Assembly: GCA_965223845.1 (NCBI GenBank)
Contig: CBDCXR010000004.1
Location: forward strand, 6,720,001-6,784,000
Direction: 5' to 3'
From: Planctomycetota bacterium
GTDB lineage: Bacteria > Planctomycetota > UBA8108 > SXIK01
Length of the DNA: 64,000 bases
Positions 54,283 to 64,000 of the stretch are shown here, one piece after another; positions within the stretch are counted from its first letter, which is position 1, and each line of letters starts with the position of its first letter. The translations under genes and the position numbers were made by a program. Below the pieces are notes generated by a model. That model had not been told where the DNA came from and did not search any database. It saw only the letters and a program-made list of their open reading frames with translations.

Positions 54283-55197
54283 TCAGAGAACGTCGAAGAA
54301 TCGACGAAGGAGCTCGCCGTTTCGAGCGAGCTCGTCCGGGAGGCGACGGAGCGCGTCTTCGTCCTCGAGGTCCGCGATGAGTCGAACTCCGGGTCGATCG
54401 AGATCCGCGTCCCATTCGATGCGAATCGGGAGAGCGAAGTCGAGCTCGCGATCGAGCCGACGGAGGGACTCTCGGTAGCGATCGAGCTCGGGAAAGCGAC
54501 GAGCGCGCAGTGCGGCGATGAGCTGGGACTTGTCTCGGGCTGACGCGCGCGCGGCGGAGAAGATGTCGTGCGGCGGTTTCGTCTCGCGCTGGGCGATTTC
54601 TTCGGTGAGCTCGAGCGCCTCGTTGAGCTCCGAGAAGGTGAGCGCGAGCTCTCGCGCGGCTTTCATGAGCCCGCCGAGCGTCGCCGAGGAAAATCGGAGC
54701 AGCGCACGCGCGCGACGGAGCGGCAGGTTCTTCTCTTCGACGAAGTCTTGCGCGGAACGAGGGAGGTCGAGAAGCCGGAGGTGCGACTGATAGAGCTCGT
54801 TCGAGGGGCGAAGTCCGAGCCGAGGGAGCTTGTCTCGCACGATCCGCTCGGCATCGATCGAAGCGGTCGCGGCGAGGGCGGCGAGCACGCGAGCGATCTC
54901 GACCACGTTCCAGTCTTCGTTGTCTTCGAGAGTGAGGTCCCACAGGGCCTCGAGCGAGGTTTCGGCGTCGACGGTGAAACAAGGCAGTCGAGCGTCTCTC
55001 GGGGCGGAGAGCGCGCGGCTCCAGCCCGAGACGATCCGCCAACCGGTCGCGCGCGGCTGGACGAGGAGCGGAGTCGTCACGCCCCGGCGGAGGATGGACT
55101 CGCGCAGTCCGGATCGGGGAGCGCGGCGGAAGCGAAAAGTCTCGTCGGTTTGGTCGAGGTCGGCGGGGGGGAGCCAACGAAAGTCGCGGGTCGTCAA
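54283..55197 (-). CDS. ParB/Srx N-terminal domain protein (orphan)
   Basis: LRESILRRGVTTPLLV...IVSGWSR...EDN; helical C-terminus; no adjacent parA. Confidence 0.7.
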   Translation of the reverse strand: MTTRDFRWLPPADLDQTDETFRFRRAPRSGLRESILRRGVTTPLLVQPRATGWRIVSGWSRALSAPRDARLPCFTVDAETSLEALWDLTLEDNEDWNVVEIARVLAALAATASIDAERIVRDKLPRLGLRPSNELYQSHLRLLDLPRSAQDFVEEKNLPLRRARALLRFSSATLGGLMKAARELALTFSELNEALELTEEIAQRETKPPHDIFSAARASARDKSQLIAALRARRFPELDRYRESLRRLDRELDFALPIRIEWDADLDRPGVRLIADLEDEDALRRLPDELARNGELLRRFFDVL

Positions 55198-55448
55198 CGG
55201 GTTGTCCTCGCGTGGTGCGGCGACGTGCGCTCGAGCGAGCGGCTCTCTCGTTGAGAAAGCATACTTCGAAGCGAACGGGCGGCGAAGGCGCGGCGAGCGA
55301 GTCGTCGTGAGACGAGAGTGAAGCGCGCGCCCGGCGTCGCTCGCGACGAGAGCTCTGGGGAGCGCGTGGAATCGATCGACGGCGACGCGGCAGGGGTGAA
55401 CGGCGCGGGCCGTGGACGCGACGGGCGATTCGCGCCAGAATCGGGATC

Positions 55449-56327
55449 ATGAAGGTCCTAATCGTCGGCTGCGGGTATCTGGGGACGCGATTGGCCGAGA
55501 GGATTCGGCCGGCGGATGGAGCTGCGGTGGGAACGACTCGCAGCGAAGGGCGAGCAGAGGAGCTGCGCCGACGGGGAATCGAGGCGCGGACACTCGAGCT
55601 CGCGCGGGGCGCGAAGCAGGACGTTTTCGACGAGAGCTTCGACGCTGTCGTGTACGCGGTTGCGCCGGGTCGCGGCGGTGATGATCGACTGGCGTATGCC
55701 GACGGAGTGGAGGTCGTTCTCCGGAGCTGGCGGGTCGCGCGTCCGCGTCACTTCGTTCTCGTCTCGAGCACTGGAGTCTACGGGCAGACCGACGGTTCGT
55801 GGGTCGACGAGGCGAGCGCCACCCGGGGAGATTCCGAGCGCGCCCGCTATCTCCTCGAGGGCGAAGCTCTCGTCGCGGAGTCCGAAGCCCGAGAGGGACC
55901 TCGCGGCGTAGTGCTCCGGCTCGCGGGAATCTACGGCCCGGGCCGATCGCCGCTCGAGTGGTGCCGCGAGGAAGGTTGGCGATCGCGACTCGCCGCGCGG
56001 CCCGCTGGTGCCTACATGAATTGGGTCCACGTCGACGACGCGGTAGAGGCGATCGTGCTCGCGCTCGGAACGGAACGCGCTCGCGGCACGTACCTCATCG
56101 TCGACGACGAACCCGTTCGGCGCGGCGAGTTCTATGCGTTCGCGTGTCAGTGCGCCGGGCTTCCCGCGCTCGAGTTTCGCGAGGGTGATGGGGCGGAGAG
56201 AGATGCCGCCGCGGGTGACGCGCAGGACCGCGGGAAGCGATGCTCGAACCGAAAAGCGAAAGCGGAGATCGGGTTTCGGCTGCGGTATCCCAGCTATCGG
56301 GAGGGGCTTCGCGCGTTCGCCGAGTGA
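55449..56327 (+). CDS. NAD-dependent epimerase/dehydratase (atypical SDR)
   Basis: IVGCGYLG, VSSTGVYG, LRLAGIYGPGR, NWVHVDD, YPSYREGL. Confidence 0.9.
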   Translation: MKVLIVGCGYLGTRLAERIRPADGAAVGTTRSEGRAEELRRRGIEARTLELARGAKQDVFDESFDAVVYAVAPGRGGDDRLAYADGVEVVLRSWRVARPRHFVLVSSTGVYGQTDGSWVDEASATRGDSERARYLLEGEALVAESEAREGPRGVVLRLAGIYGPGRSPLEWCREEGWRSRLAARPAGAYMNWVHVDDAVEAIVLALGTERARGTYLIVDDEPVRRGEFYAFACQCAGLPALEFREGDGAERDAAAGDAQDRGKRCSNRKAKAEIGFRLRYPSYREGLRAFAE

Positions 56328-56443
56328 CGCGGGTCGGCTTCTGGCCGAGTCGAGCTCTCGCCGCTCGTCCTCGGGGAGAGGCGGTTTCGAAAATCGCTCG
56401 AAAGAAGTAGGGACGAAGCGAAAATCGGGCCTCGCTTGTGGCT

Positions 56444-57616
56444 CTAGAGGTCGGGCGTCCGGGAGAGGGAGAGGACGAGGGCGGCGAGGAAGCGGCCGCG
56501 CTCCTCGAGGCTGTCGATGAGAATGTGCTCGTCGAGTGCGTGAGCGCCGCCGCCGTCGGCACCGAGTCCGTCGAGGACACCGAAGCCGCGCGCCGAGAGA
56601 AACGATCCGTCACTTCCACCGCCAGACGAGCCGATCGCGAGGTCGATTCCGACGCTCTTCGCGAAGGAGGTCGCGTGCGCGCAGAGCGCTCGATTGCGCG
56701 GGGTCGCTTCGAGCGGATCGAAGATGATTCCGCCTTCGACGGTGATCGTAACGGAGGGATCCGGCGAGGCGATGGCGCGGATCTCGCGCTCGAGGCGGCG
56801 GCCGTCGGCCGCGCGATTGAAGCGCACGTCGACGCCGGCGCGGGCGGTTCCGGCGACGACGTTCGTTGCGGTGCCACCGCTCATGGTGCCGACGTTGACG
56901 GTGACGCCGAGGTCGGGGTCGGCTAAGGCCGTGAGATGGCGGGTCCACTCCGCGAGGGCGTGGACGGCGCTCGCACCGAGGTGGGGGTCGACTCCGGCGT
57001 GGGCTTCGCGTCCGCGGGCATGGACCGTGTAGAGGCCGACTCCCTTGCGAGTGCCTTTGAGCGCCCCTCCGGGGACGGGCGGTTCCGTGACGAGGGCGAT
57101 CGAGTCGGGAGAGAGAAGCCGCTCCATGTGTGGGTGGGCGGTGACGCTGCCGAGTTCCTCGTCGGCCGAAATGAACACCTGTACGCGGCGGCGGAGAGGG
57201 GCGTCGAGTCGGCGGAGGCATTCGACAGCCGACGCGATGAGCAGCAGGCCGGCGCGCATGTCGTAGACGCCGGGGGCGTAGAGTCGGTCGCCGTCGACAC
57301 GCGGAGGGCGTCGAGCGGCTTCGCCCGCGGGCCAGACGGTGTCGCTGTGACCGACCAGGACGAGCGGGGGGCCGATTTCGGGTCCGTCGGAGGGCCGGTC
57401 GGCGAAGACGTGAGAGCCGCCTCGATCCGAGATGCGCTCGCAGCGGAGGCCGGAGCGCTCGAGCAGGCGCGAGTAGGCGTTCGCAAACGCGTCGATCCGG
57501 GGGGCGTCGTGCGAAGGGGCGTCGAGGCGCGAGAGAGCGATGAGTTGCTCGACGAGGCGGGAGCGCTCGGCGCGGAAGTAGTTCGAGATCGAGTCGAGGA
57601 GCGGCGGGTCGTTCAT
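56444..57616 (-). CDS. M20 family metallopeptidase (carboxypeptidase G2-like)
   Basis: GHSDTV, PGVYDM, DEELGS, EP, AHAG, GGSDG, GAHALDEH. Confidence 0.9.
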   Translation of the reverse strand: MNDPPLLDSISNYFRAERSRLVEQLIALSRLDAPSHDAPRIDAFANAYSRLLERSGLRCERISDRGGSHVFADRPSDGPEIGPPLVLVGHSDTVWPAGEAARRPPRVDGDRLYAPGVYDMRAGLLLIASAVECLRRLDAPLRRRVQVFISADEELGSVTAHPHMERLLSPDSIALVTEPPVPGGALKGTRKGVGLYTVHARGREAHAGVDPHLGASAVHALAEWTRHLTALADPDLGVTVNVGTMSGGTATNVVAGTARAGVDVRFNRAADGRRLEREIRAIASPDPSVTITVEGGIIFDPLEATPRNRALCAHATSFAKSVGIDLAIGSSGGGSDGSFLSARGFGVLDGLGADGGGAHALDEHILIDSLEERGRFLAALVLSLSRTPDL

Positions 57617-57669
57617 GAGGGCACGCGGGTTCAAAACCCGAGGATTCTAACCCACCGGCCGTCCGGAAA

Positions 57670-57765
57670 CCCCTCTCCGCCTACCCCTCTCCCCCTACTA
57701 CCCCTCTCCCCCTACCGGGGATTCCCCCTCCCGGTACCGGGGATTGTTGAAACAGACCGGGGATT
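57670..57765. repeat. short tandem repeats downstream of the second RAYT
   Basis: Three CCCCTCTCC(G/C)CCTA units followed by three ACCGGGGATT copies (57714, 57736, 57756). Confidence 0.7.
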
Positions 57766-58023
57766 CCCGTAGGGAAAACGGCGATTGCGCGGTCGGTCGG
57801 CGGTTTTGGGGGTGCGCGACGCCGGTTGTTCGTGGGCTTCCGCGCGTCGCCCGCGACGATTTCGTGCAGTCTTGGCCATTGCATGCGCTCTCTCGGGAAA
57901 CGCGGGCGTTCGTTCCTCGTCCGCGCCCGTTCGCCCCGGGACGCCACTCCGCGCTCTGGCGCGTCCGTTTCGGGGCGATTCGCGCGCGCTTTCGGTCACC
58001 GACGCCGTTCGCTCATCCGTCCG

Positions 58024-58950
58024 CTACGGCGCGAGCGGCACCGCCCCCGACTCTGCCGGCTCGCACGCGACGTTGAAGAAGACCCGCATCCGGTACGTCC
58101 CCGCGGGGAACAACACATCCCGCACTCCCGCGCGAAACTTCTCGAGCGCCTCTCGATACCTCGCGCGAAACGTCTTCAGACTCGTGATCGCCTCGATGCG
58201 ACTCCACTTCCGTCGCGCCTTGACTTCGGGAGCGACGCCCCCCGCGCCCTTCTTCGCGTCTTCCTCCGCCTCTCTCGGAGTCGCGGTCGCAGCCTCCGCG
58301 AGCACTCTCTCGCGCCCGAGGAACGACCTTCGCGACCGCTTCGCCTCGTCCCGATACTCCCTCTCTCCTTCCCGGACACGCTCGGCGAGGACCTCCCTGA
58401 GCTCCGCTTCTCGCCCGCGAAAACAAGGCGGCTCGGTCAGCGGAAGCTCGACCTCCTCGGGAGCCTCGCGCGAAAAGAACCAATTCGGCCGCCGCGCGAC
58501 GTACACCCTTCCGAGGTCACGCGGCGAGCTCCTCAGCCCCGGCCACTCGCAACCGCGTTCGACGAGCCGAGCGGCAACCGGATTCAGCATCGTATAGACG
58601 AGCTGGTCGACCACGTCGCTCGCCTCCACCGCGCGCGGGTAGTTCGGTCCGCAGGACTCGAAGAACGCGTCGCGCCGACCGTGATGAACATTCAGACAGC
58701 GCGCGATCAGGAGGTTTAGATCGTGAACGAACTGGACGACGGCGGTCCCGCGATCGGTGAGACACACGTGATAGTGGTTGGATAGAAAAACGAAGGCGTG
58801 CACAGACACTCCGGTCGCCGCCGCCGCCCTCGCGAGGCAGTAAAGGAGCGCGCCGTTGACCTCCTCGGACGGTCGCATCAAGAACTGCCTCTGCGCACAC
58901 CGACGCGTCGCGAGCCGCGTCGCATCGGGAAGGATCCACTTCGGTTCCAC
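58024..58950 (-). CDS. HUH/Y1 transposase, RAYT-like (paralog of 9631-10545)
   Basis: TRRC, LSNHYHV, VYTMLNPV, FPAGTY; AAAGGAG RBS before GTG start. Confidence 0.85.
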   Translation of the reverse strand: MEPKWILPDATRLATRRCAQRQFLMRPSEEVNGALLYCLARAAAATGVSVHAFVFLSNHYHVCLTDRGTAVVQFVHDLNLLIARCLNVHHGRRDAFFESCGPNYPRAVEASDVVDQLVYTMLNPVAARLVERGCEWPGLRSSPRDLGRVYVARRPNWFFSREAPEEVELPLTEPPCFRGREAELREVLAERVREGEREYRDEAKRSRRSFLGRERVLAEAATATPREAEEDAKKGAGGVAPEVKARRKWSRIEAITSLKTFRARYREALEKFRAGVRDVLFPAGTYRMRVFFNVACEPAESGAVPLAP

Positions 58951-59227
58951 TGCCCCGTTTCTCCTTTCGTTTGAATCTCTCCGTCCCCGCTCCTCTTTTC
59001 CCCGCTCTACTTCTCGCTTAGTCTCGGACCGTTCGGACGGGTTTGCGACTTCGTCGCTCGAGGAATCTCGGCGTCACTCTCGGATCGGCCCGCTCGACGG
59101 ACATCGATCCGAGACCGTCGCGAGCCGCTCCCGTCCAGGTGGTCTCCGTTCCTGCGCCTTGTGGCACCTCTGAGACTTCCGCCGTAACGCGTCCCTGTCC
59201 CGCATCCCCCAAGGCTCTCATACCGCC

Positions 59228-59986
59228 GTGAATCACGAAGACCGCCGCCTTCGCGCCGAGCACACCCCCGAGTCCATTCGCCGCCGCCTCGCCATAGGGC
59301 CGAGCCACAGCTATCTCCGCGATTTCATCTACGGTTCCGTCGACGGCGCGATCACTACCTTCGCCGTCGTCGCCGGAGTGGGCGGCGCCGGCCTCTCATC
59401 CGGTGTCGTCATCATCCTCGGGGTCGCCAACCTCCTCGCCGATGGCCTCAGCATGGCGGTCAGCAACTTCCTCGGCACGCGTGCGGAGGAACAAGCCCGA
59501 ATCCGCGCCCGCCGCGTCGAGGAATCCCACATCCGTCAATTCCCGGAGGGAGAACGGGAAGAGATCCGGCAAATCTTCGCCGCGAAAGGCTTCACCGGCG
59601 ACGACCTCGAACGCGCGGTCGCGGTGATCACCTCCGACGTCGAACGCTGGATCGACACGATGATGAAAGAGGAGCTCGGGCTCACCCTCACCGGTCCATC
59701 CGCCTGGCGCGCCGCTACCGCGACGTTCGTCGCATTCGCCGTTTTCGGCGCGCTTCCTCTGCTCACGTTCTTCGTCGAGCTCGCCGCCCCGAACACCGTC
59801 CGCGATCCCTTCCTCTGGAGTGCGGTCCTCACCGGAGTCGCGTTTTTCGCCGTCGGCACGATCAAGAGCCGCTTCGTCGACCAGCGCTGGTACGTCGCCG
59901 GAATCGAGACGCTTCTGACCGGGGGACTCGCTGCCTCGCTGGCCTTTGCCGCCGGCGCACTGCTGAAGAGCGCGGTGGACCTTTGA
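59228..59986 (+). CDS. VIT1/CCC1 family iron/manganese transporter
   Basis: [40 protein letters not shown]. Confidence 0.92.
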   Translation: MNHEDRRLRAEHTPESIRRRLAIGPSHSYLRDFIYGSVDGAITTFAVVAGVGGAGLSSGVVIILGVANLLADGLSMAVSNFLGTRAEEQARIRARRVEESHIRQFPEGEREEIRQIFAAKGFTGDDLERAVAVITSDVERWIDTMMKEELGLTLTGPSAWRAATATFVAFAVFGALPLLTFFVELAAPNTVRDPFLWSAVLTGVAFFAVGTIKSRFVDQRWYVAGIETLLTGGLAASLAFAAGALLKSAVDL

Positions 59987-60118
59987 GATCCGCTTCATCT
60001 CGGCGATGCGAAGGAGCGCGACGGCGACGAAACGGAGGTTGGCGAGAACGGCTCTCATTCCGGTACCGTGACGGCGTGTCGTTCGCCTCCGGAGTTCCGC
60101 TACAGCCCATTCGCCGCC

Positions 60119-60385
60119 ATGGGAATCTTCCGTCCCCGTGAACCCCTCGCGCCCCCCGGGCCCTCCGATCCCGGACGGTTTCGCATCCGCGTCGTGACCG
60201 AGGACGGTCGCGTCCTCTACTGGCACAAACGGGGACGCGTCCACACTCTCGAAGAGGACGTCGCCGACACGTTCATCGAGAAACTCAACCGCGACGCATT
60301 TCACATTCTCCCGAACGGTACCATGACGCCACCACTTCCCGGTCGCTCTCTCCGCATCCGTTCCTTATCGAAGGAGCCCGCCTGA
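60119..60385 (+). CDS. hypothetical protein
   Basis: ORF whose stop abuts the polX start (TGAATG), with AAGGAG inside its 3' end. Confidence 0.55.
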   Translation: MGIFRPREPLAPPGPSDPGRFRIRVVTEDGRVLYWHKRGRVHTLEEDVADTFIEKLNRDAFHILPNGTMTPPLPGRSLRIRSLSKEPA

Positions 60386-62137
60386 ATGCCGAAGGAACGC
60401 GTCCCTGCCGCGCTCAAAGGCACCCTGTCGAATCGCGCCGTCGCGGCGACCATCGTCGAGCTCGCGGACGTTCTCGAGGTCGGCGGAACCGACGCTTTCC
60501 GCGTTCGCGCTTATCGCTCCGCCGCCCGGACGATCGAGGATCTCGCCGAGCCGATCGCCGATCTCGCCGCCTCGGGAGGAGTGAAGGAGCTGAAGGCACT
60601 CCCTGGAATCGGGGAGAGCATGGCGAAAAAGATCCTCGAGATCTGCTCGACGGGTACGCTCGCTAAGCTCACGCAAGAGCGCACGCGGATACCACGCGAG
60701 CTGACCGACCTCCTCGGAATCGAAGGACTCGGGCCGAAGAAGCTCCACGTCCTCCACCGTGAGCTCGGAGTCGAGAACCTCGAGGATCTCGAGCGCGCGC
60801 TCGAACGCGGCGAAGTCGCGGAGCTTCCGGGCTTCGGCAAGAAATCCGCGGAGAAGTTCCTCAGCGGAATCGAACAGTTTCGCCGCCGACAAGGGCGCTT
60901 TCGCGCCGCCGACGTCGAACCGATCGCACTCGCGCTCCGTGATCGACTTCTCGACGCACCTGGAGTCGAGCGCGTCGAAATCGCCGGCAGCTTTCGCCGC
61001 GGCCGCGAGACCGTCGGCGATCTCGACCTCCTCTGCATCGCCGATGATCCGGCCGCTGCGGTCGCAGCGTTTACGTCAGCGCCGCTCGTGAGCGAAACCA
61101 TCCTGAGCGGGGAGACGAAGACGTCGGTACGACTCGATTTCGGCATCCAGGTCGATCTCCGCGTCGTTCCCGCCGCGTCCTTCGGCGCGGCGCTCCACTA
61201 CTTCACCGGCTCGAAGGAGCACAACGTGAAGATCCGCGGCCTCGCGCGCGAGGCCGGCTGCAAAATCAACGAATACGGCGTGTTTCGCGGCGAAGAGCGG
61301 ATCGCCGGCGCGACGGAGGAGGAGGTCTTCGCCGCCATCGGGAGCGTCTACATTCCGCCCGAGCTGCGGGAAGACCGCGGTGAGCTCGACGCCGGCTGCC
61401 GCGGCGCACTGCCCGAGCTGCTCGTCGTCGACGACATCCTCGGCGATCTTCAGATGCACTCGACGGCGAGCGACGGCCGCAACACCGTCGAGGAGATGGC
61501 CCACGCGGCGAAGTCCATCGGACGGACCTACATCGGAATCACCGACCACTCGAAGGCGGTCGCCGTCGCGAACGGTCTCGACGACGAGCGCATGCGCGAG
61601 CACGCACAGGCGATCCGCCGCGTCGACGTCCCGGGGATCCGCGTGCTCGCTTCGGTCGAGGTCGACATCCTCCGCGATGGTTCGCTCGACCTCGCGGACG
61701 ACACGCTTCGCGACCTCGACGTCGTCGTCGCGAGCATCCACAGCTCGATGCATCTCCCGAAAGACGAGATGACCGAGCGGATCACCCGCGCGGTCGAATC
61801 GGGGCTCGTCCACATCTTCGCGCATCCAACCGGGCGCCTGGTCCAGCAGCGCGACCCCTACGACTTCGACTTTCGCACCGTGGTCGAGGCGTGCGTGAAG
61901 AACAACGTCGCGCTCGAGATCAACGCGCATCCCGCCCGCCTCGATCTCTCCGACGTTCAAGCGAGGCTCGCGCGCGATCTCGGAGCGAAGATCGTCATCT
62001 CGACGGACGCCCACTCGACCGACGACCTCACCCTCATGCGCTACGGCGTCCAGGTCGCGCGTCGCGCCTGGCTGACGAAGGGCGACGTCCTGAACGCGCT
62101 CCCAGTCGAAGAGTTCTTGCGAGCGATCGCGCGATGA
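60386..62137 (+). CDS. polX: DNA polymerase X / PHP 3'-5' exonuclease
   Basis: FRVRAY, HhH motifs, GSFRRG..TVGDLD, QVDLR, FTGSKEHN, PHP motifs (QMHSTASDG, TDHS, AHPTGR, STDAH). Confidence 0.95.
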   Translation: MPKERVPAALKGTLSNRAVAATIVELADVLEVGGTDAFRVRAYRSAARTIEDLAEPIADLAASGGVKELKALPGIGESMAKKILEICSTGTLAKLTQERTRIPRELTDLLGIEGLGPKKLHVLHRELGVENLEDLERALERGEVAELPGFGKKSAEKFLSGIEQFRRRQGRFRAADVEPIALALRDRLLDAPGVERVEIAGSFRRGRETVGDLDLLCIADDPAAAVAAFTSAPLVSETILSGETKTSVRLDFGIQVDLRVVPAASFGAALHYFTGSKEHNVKIRGLAREAGCKINEYGVFRGEERIAGATEEEVFAAIGSVYIPPELREDRGELDAGCRGALPELLVVDDILGDLQMHSTASDGRNTVEEMAHAAKSIGRTYIGITDHSKAVAVANGLDDERMREHAQAIRRVDVPGIRVLASVEVDILRDGSLDLADDTLRDLDVVVASIHSSMHLPKDEMTERITRAVESGLVHIFAHPTGRLVQQRDPYDFDFRTVVEACVKNNVALEINAHPARLDLSDVQARLARDLGAKIVISTDAHSTDDLTLMRYGVQVARRAWLTKGDVLNALPVEEFLRAIAR

Positions 62138-62661
62138 GCTCGAGCTCCGAGTCTCCGTCGTCGCCTCCCGCGCGGGAGAGCGCTCGCTCGAGCGGCCTCC
62201 TCGCGACGGTGGTGGTGGTCCTCGCTCTCGCCGCGATCGCGGCGACTCTCGTCACTCGCTCGCGCCTCCGTCGTGATGCCGAGGAGAGCAGGGGATCTCC
62301 GGCCTCCGGATTCGTTCCGCTGTCGATCGAAGCGGCCGCCGAGCTGCAAAGCGTCGCCACTCGGATCGAAATCGCGTGGCGAACCACGGGCGCGCCGCCG
62401 CGCGGTCTGCGTGGACTCCCGGCCGACGACGAGTCCGGACTAGCGACCGCGCGCTCCGCGGCCGACCCGCCCGTCGATCGCTGGGGCAAAGAGTACGTCT
62501 GGGTGCGAGACGAATCCGAGGGGAGAGACGGCTGGCGACTCACCTCGCTCGGCGCTGACGGCGAGCCCGGCGGAGTCGGAAGCGACCAAGACCTTTCCCT
62601 CTGGGTTTTTCCGCCCGAGCGGGAGTCGGCTGAGCAAAGCAGCCGCTCCGCAGCGGAATGA
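62134..62661 (+). CDS. GspG-like pseudopilin C-terminal domain protein
   Basis: TM helix then D(R)WGKEY...SLGADGEPGG.G.D.D; ATGA overlap with polX; lacks a canonical Glu5. Confidence 0.65.
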   Translation: MSSSSESPSSPPARESARSSGLLATVVVVLALAAIAATLVTRSRLRRDAEESRGSPASGFVPLSIEAAAELQSVATRIEIAWRTTGAPPRGLRGLPADDESGLATARSAADPPVDRWGKEYVWVRDESEGRDGWRLTSLGADGEPGGVGSDQDLSLWVFPPERESAEQSSRSAAE

Positions 62662-62723
62662 CGGCGGTCGACGGTCGAGTTTCTTCCGATCGCAGTCCGA
62701 CTCGTACTCGACGTTCGGACCGC

Positions 62724-62779
62724 AAAGTAAAGAACGCCGCCGGGCGCCGCTCCGCGAGGGAGACGACGCCCGGCGGCGT
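62724..62779 (-). terminator. intrinsic terminator
   Basis: ACGCCGCCGGGCG / CGCCCGGCGGCGT stem followed by TCTTTACTTT on the minus strand. Confidence 0.6.
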
Positions 62780-62806
62780 GTTCGCTTGCGCCGACCGCCC
62801 TAGGCG

Positions 62807-64000
62807 CTAGACAGTCGGAACGACGTACGGCGCGCGGTAGTTGCGCGTCAACAGCGCGTTCGCTTCCGCGTCGCCGACGACCTGCTCCGTCGCCGGGTCG
62901 ATCTCGATCGAGCGCTTTACACGGTACGCGACGTTCGCGACGTGACAGAGCGCCGAGGAGAGGTGGCCGTCTTCGACGTCGGCGTTCAGCTTCTTCGGAT
63001 CGCGCGCGCGCACCGCGTCGATGAAGTTCGCGAAGTGATTCCCGCCGGCACTCCGCGCCGGTCCCGGCTCGTGTTTCCTACCCAGGAACACCTTGTAGCT
63101 CGAGTAGTTCGGAATGATCATGATTCCTTCCGAGCCGTAGAAGATGTTCCCGACCGCATTCGAGCCGGGATTCCCGATGTTCTCGTCGTTCGTGATCCAG
63201 TGGCGCACCTCGAAGACGAGCATCTTGTTTTCGTCCGGGTACTCGAACGTCGAGAGGATCGTGTTCGGCGTTTCCTGATCGTCGTCGAACATATAGTGTC
63301 CGCCCATCGCCTGCGCGCGTTTCGGCAGACCGACGCCGAGTCCCCAGCGGGCGACGTCCATTTGGTGAACGCCCTGGTTGCCCAGGTCGCCGTTGCCGTA
63401 GTCCCAGTGCCAGTGCCAGTTGTAGTGGAAGCGGTTCTCGGTGAAGGGACGCAGAGGGGCCGGCCCGAGCCAGAGATCGTAGTGAACCCCTCGGGGCGGC
63501 GCGGCTTCGGGTTTCTTCCCGATCGTATTCCGCCACTTGTAGCAGGTTCCCTTCGCCATGTAGACGTCGCCGATGATCCCGTCTTGAAGGAGAGCGATCG
63601 CCTCCTGGACGGCGGCCGAGCTGCGGATCTGCGTGCCGTGCTGGCAGACGCGGTTGTGCTTCCGCGCGGCATTGACGAGCTGCCGACCCTCCCACACGTT
63701 GTGTGAGAGCGGCTTCTCGACGTAGACGTCCTTCCCGGCCTGCATCGCCCAGATTCCCCCGAGCGAATGCCAGTGATTCGGTGTCGCGATGCCGACGACG
63801 TCGATGTTCTTGTCGTCGTAGAGCTTCCGCATGTCGGTGAAGCGCTGGCGCGGAGAGCCGTACTTCTTCTCGAGCCCCTTCGCACGCTTCTCGATCTGCG
63901 ACTCGTCGGCGTCGCAGAGAGCGACGACCTCGACACCGTCGATCCCGTCGAGACCGCCGACGTGACTGCCGCCGCGTCCGCGGAGTCCGATGACGCCCGC
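62807..64000 (-). CDS. Gfo/Idh/MocA family oxidoreductase (5' end beyond window)
   Basis: Frame open to the window edge (AGVIGLRGRG); ATPNHWH, VYVEKP, NQGVHQMD. Confidence 0.92.
   Translation of the reverse strand, partial: AGVIGLRGRGGSHVGGLDGIDGVEVVALCDADESQIEKRAKGLEKKYGSPRQRFTDMRKLYDDKNIDVVGIATPNHWHSLGGIWAMQAGKDVYVEKPLSHNVWEGRQLVNAARKHNRVCQHGTQIRSSAAVQEAIALLQDGIIGDVYMAKGTCYKWRNTIGKKPEAAPPRGVHYDLWLGPAPLRPFTENRFHYNWHWHWDYGNGDLGNQGVHQMDVARWGLGVGLPKRAQAMGGHYMFDDDQETPNTILSTFEYPDENKMLVFEVRHWITNDENIGNPGSNAVGNIFYGSEGIMIIPNYSSYKVFLGRKHEPGPARSAGGNHFANFIDAVRARDPKKLNADVEDGHLSSALCHVANVAYRVKRSIEIDPATEQVVGDAEANALLTRNYRAPYVVPTV

Overview
High-GC bacterial chromosomal segment, most likely from an uncultured Planctomycetota member. 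That placement is inferred from a dockerin-like lamin-tail/CotH protein, PQQ-propeller, sulfatase and prepilin proteins and a bL37-like peptide. Core genes include gltB/gltD with a divergent LysR regulator, a nitrite/sulfite reductase, moaA, a double-GAF sigma54 activator, polX, a GcvR-like protein, a VIT1 transporter, an SPL-like radical SAM enzyme and carbohydrate enzymes. Accessory content includes a minor-pilin cluster and two paralogous HUH (RAYT/Y1-type) transposases. I saw no tRNA, rRNA or CRISPR array. The most unusual signals are non-coding: (1) a ~900-nt minus-strand unit (about 2589 to 1690) with its own sigma70 promoter and terminator, many hairpins and no convincing ORF; (2) a structured region at 34666-35199 with three ACAACTGCCCCGG+terminator cassettes and a fourth terminator; (3) a candidate ~125-nt sigma54-dependent sRNA directly downstream of the sigma54 activator; (4) a REPIN/MITE-like 50-bp inverted-repeat element and a perfect 28-bp hairpin. 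All product calls come from motif recognition by eye; no database searches were run.
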